DNA from: Nageia nagi
Taxonomy: Eukaryota > Plantae > Pinophyta
Direction: 5' to 3'
Length of the DNA: 64,000 bases
Assembly: GCA_050084985.1 (NCBI GenBank)
Contig: JBITNC010000001.1
Span: 145,576,001-145,640,000, forward strand
Position numbers and translations under genes: made by a program. Shown here in pieces: positions 61,151-64,000 of this stretch; within the stretch, counting starts at the first letter, position 1; the number at the start of each line of letters is the position of its first letter. Below the pieces are notes generated by a model, which was not told where the DNA came from, made no database searches, and saw only the letters and a program-made list of their open reading frames with translations.

Positions 61151-64000
61151 AATTTTCCAACAAAGTTTATTTTTAGATAATATCAACCTTAATAGTATTT
61201 TTAGATAATATATGTGACATGTATATATATATAATATTTATTATCATTCTCAAGAATAAATTGGATAAAGATGATAAGATCATCTTTGAGTGTGCATGTA
61301 TGAAAAACCTTTCTTGATAGGTAATTCTCAACCATCCTCTTATCTATAGGAGTTTGAAATTATTTTGCTTGAAAAATGCCAACTTCAAAGATTGAGGTTC
61401 ATCATCAATTTGGACCTCTTGATCTAAAATTTTTATTATTGAATCTCTATAATCCTTTGCATAAATTTCAATATTATATGGAGAATCCTCAGTATCTCCT
61501 TGATAATATTTCCTTGTTTGGTTACCACACTTATTTTCCTTAAGAAGGTTATACTTCTATCTTTGGAATTTTTCTCTCAATCATTCACTTTGCCTTAAGT
61601 TTTTTGGTACAAGGTAGCAAAGAGGGTTTTATCAAATCCATAATATTACTTATAGCATATTATAATACTAATGGTTACATCTAACCAATGTCCAAAATAT
61701 CATAACACAACTACTACTAGACTAATTTACTATTATTATTCCACCACTAAGACCCTATTAATCAATAAAAAGAGAAGTTTATATAACATACTAAAATAAA
61801 GGAAATAATACTTATGATCCTAACTTCTATTACTTTTCCATCTTCTCTTGATATGGTGTAGTTGCAGCCACCATTCTTCTGGATCCAAAGGTACCCATTC
61901 AAGGAGCCACTAGTAGGACTAGCATTTTTGTCTCTATTATATCTTTTGTATCTTCCTTACATATTTTTTTTCTTATTATTTATCATATAGTATTCATCCA
62001 TTATTTTCACTATATTCATCTTACATCAAATTACATCCTATTTGTTCATGTGGGTATCAACTCCATTAGATGTTATAGGATTTAGAGGAGTGTTTGACAT
62101 CAAGTCTCTTTTTTTCCTATTTTCACTTTACTTTTTCCTTTATACTTGTAATTGGAATTAGAAGGGACCTTTCCTTATTTTCCAATAGTGCTAGGGGATC
62201 CTTAAACTCAATGGTTTTAACTATCTCAATTGTACCTACTCCCTTCCCTTTAGTGTTAAAAGTATATAAAAGGATTTTCTTTTTCTTTGCTAAAGGCTCC
62301 AAGATGTCTTTAGTATCCTAGAAATCAAATTACTTAATTTATGAATCTTATTGAACTTATATTTTAGTTCCAAACTCCATCGTATCTTGTGAAGCTTTAG
62401 GCTTCTCCTACTCCATGGGTTGTATGGGATTTTGGGAATCTTTCAACTCCTTCTACTTTAAGGGCTCCATGTGCTCTTTAGGAACTATGTTCTTGGGTGA
62501 ATTTGCTCCCCCATACTTAGAATCATCTCCATTGATATAAATATAATATTTAATAATAATAATAAATTCCTTCAACTCCATTAGGGATACCACCATCATG
62601 GGATTATCCTTTTTACCCTTATTTGATAGGAATGAGGGTAAAAAACTCTAAATTTCATACCCTTCACTTATTTTCTAGTCCAATATATACTTTCAAAGTG
62701 TTAAGCTCCAAATTTTCAATCTCCTCATTAGATATATTCTTTATTTTCTTCATTTAGGAAGTGCCTTCACTCCCACATATATTATTTGTAACATCAAACA
62801 TGTAACCATTCCCTTTTATCCTCTTTAAAGTCAATTACTAGAATTATTTCTTATAATTTTAGCTGGGTGATTATTTTCATAAATGAACTTATTCCTACCT
62901 TATTAGATATAGGGTGTCACCTAAAGATATATCAAATCTTGATACAATGGAATATCCAAATTTTTCTTTTTCAATAAGGTTATTGATTTCTTTATTCAAG
63001 TGAAGAGAAAAGAAGGAAAACATACCTTCCTATCTTTCAATCTCAAGTTCTTCATCATAATGATGTGTGGTTCATATACATGAGTAGGTTTCCTCTTTAT
63101 GGTGAAGTTTTAAATTATCTGGTTAGTCATCTAATCCCAAGGCCTTGGGAGCTACTACTACTCATATTCTAAATTTTCCTTCTCAAATACATCACCTTCC
63201 TCCTAGAAGTCACCAAGCTTAGGAATTTCACCTTTGCTATCACTTCTTTAAAGAAGTTCACCCAAATAGATTTAAGCATGGGAAATTCATCTCTACATGC
63301 CTTGTACACCCTTCATAAGAAATCCATATCATGGCCATGATATCACTTAAAAAATTTAGCAACCCCTCGTCACTAGAAGCATTTCTATACCCTTTTGTTT
63401 TCCTTAATCTCATGAATGTTACTTATTTCTTCCTACTTTATTTTCCCCATACTTATGATTGTTAAAGTTACAAATGAGGGATAAATCTAAAATAATTAGA
63501 GTGATGGTAATTCTAGCACCTTCCACCATCTCCTTAATAAATCATCATATCTCTTGAGCTTTAGTGTATGTCATCATACATAAGCAATCACATCATGGCA
63601 TCATGCATGGTACATAGTGGTGTGATAAATCTCATGTCACCTGAGCCATATGATCAATATCCCTCTATTTTACATTTCCAATCCTCTATATTATGTTAAA
63701 TACATCGTATCCTCCACCTCACCATACAATGTGGATGGTGGGGCCTCTAAGAAGAGGTTTTCAAATAGATCAAAAATAGTTTGGTCCAAGGTTAGGTGTA
63801 AATTTAAATAAACATTCATGTTATCCTTAATGGATTTGATTCTCTTTTCTAGGATTTTATCTATAGGCATGTTACATTCTTAGAAAATTCATCTATTTCT
63901 CTCCTTTTAGAGTGCCTTGATAATATGTTGTACCATCAAGCTTCATGATTTTGTCAAATTTTCTCTCCTACTACTTGGGACCCATTGTTCTCTAAGTCAT

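Overview
This is very AT-rich, CpG-depleted eukaryotic DNA that reads as intergenic heterochromatin from a large plant genome. The retroelement types suggest a gymnosperm, but that is inference and the species cannot be fixed from the sequence. Most of the window is nested, mutationally decayed LTR retrotransposons. (1) A minus-strand Ty1/copia element with a long, SIRE-like gag at 1-~5990. (2) A minus-strand Ty3/gypsy chromovirus at ~9360-31050. (3) Inserted into it in the opposite orientation, a related 10.9-kb element (16510-27371, TSD TGCAT, 4.1-kb LTRs) whose gag is fused in frame directly to integrase-chromodomain, with no protease, RT or RNase H. (4) A full-length copia (37210-43200, TSD GTACA) whose leader carries an extra LTR-U5 copy joined to an antisense copy of its own gag. 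(5) Tat/Ogre-type gypsy remnants at ~44-49 kb and ~59-64 kb. The only host gene is a 4-exon 2-oxoglutarate/Fe(II) dioxygenase (SRG1/DOXC-like) pseudogene on the minus strand (50226-56990). It has three in-frame stops and a 5.4-kb copia inserted in exon 2 without a TSD. I found no intact protein-coding gene, RNA gene or CRISPR array. The best candidates for something new are the Gag-integrase-only element and the hairpin-forming antisense-gag leader. Identity figures are hand counts, and no database search was run.
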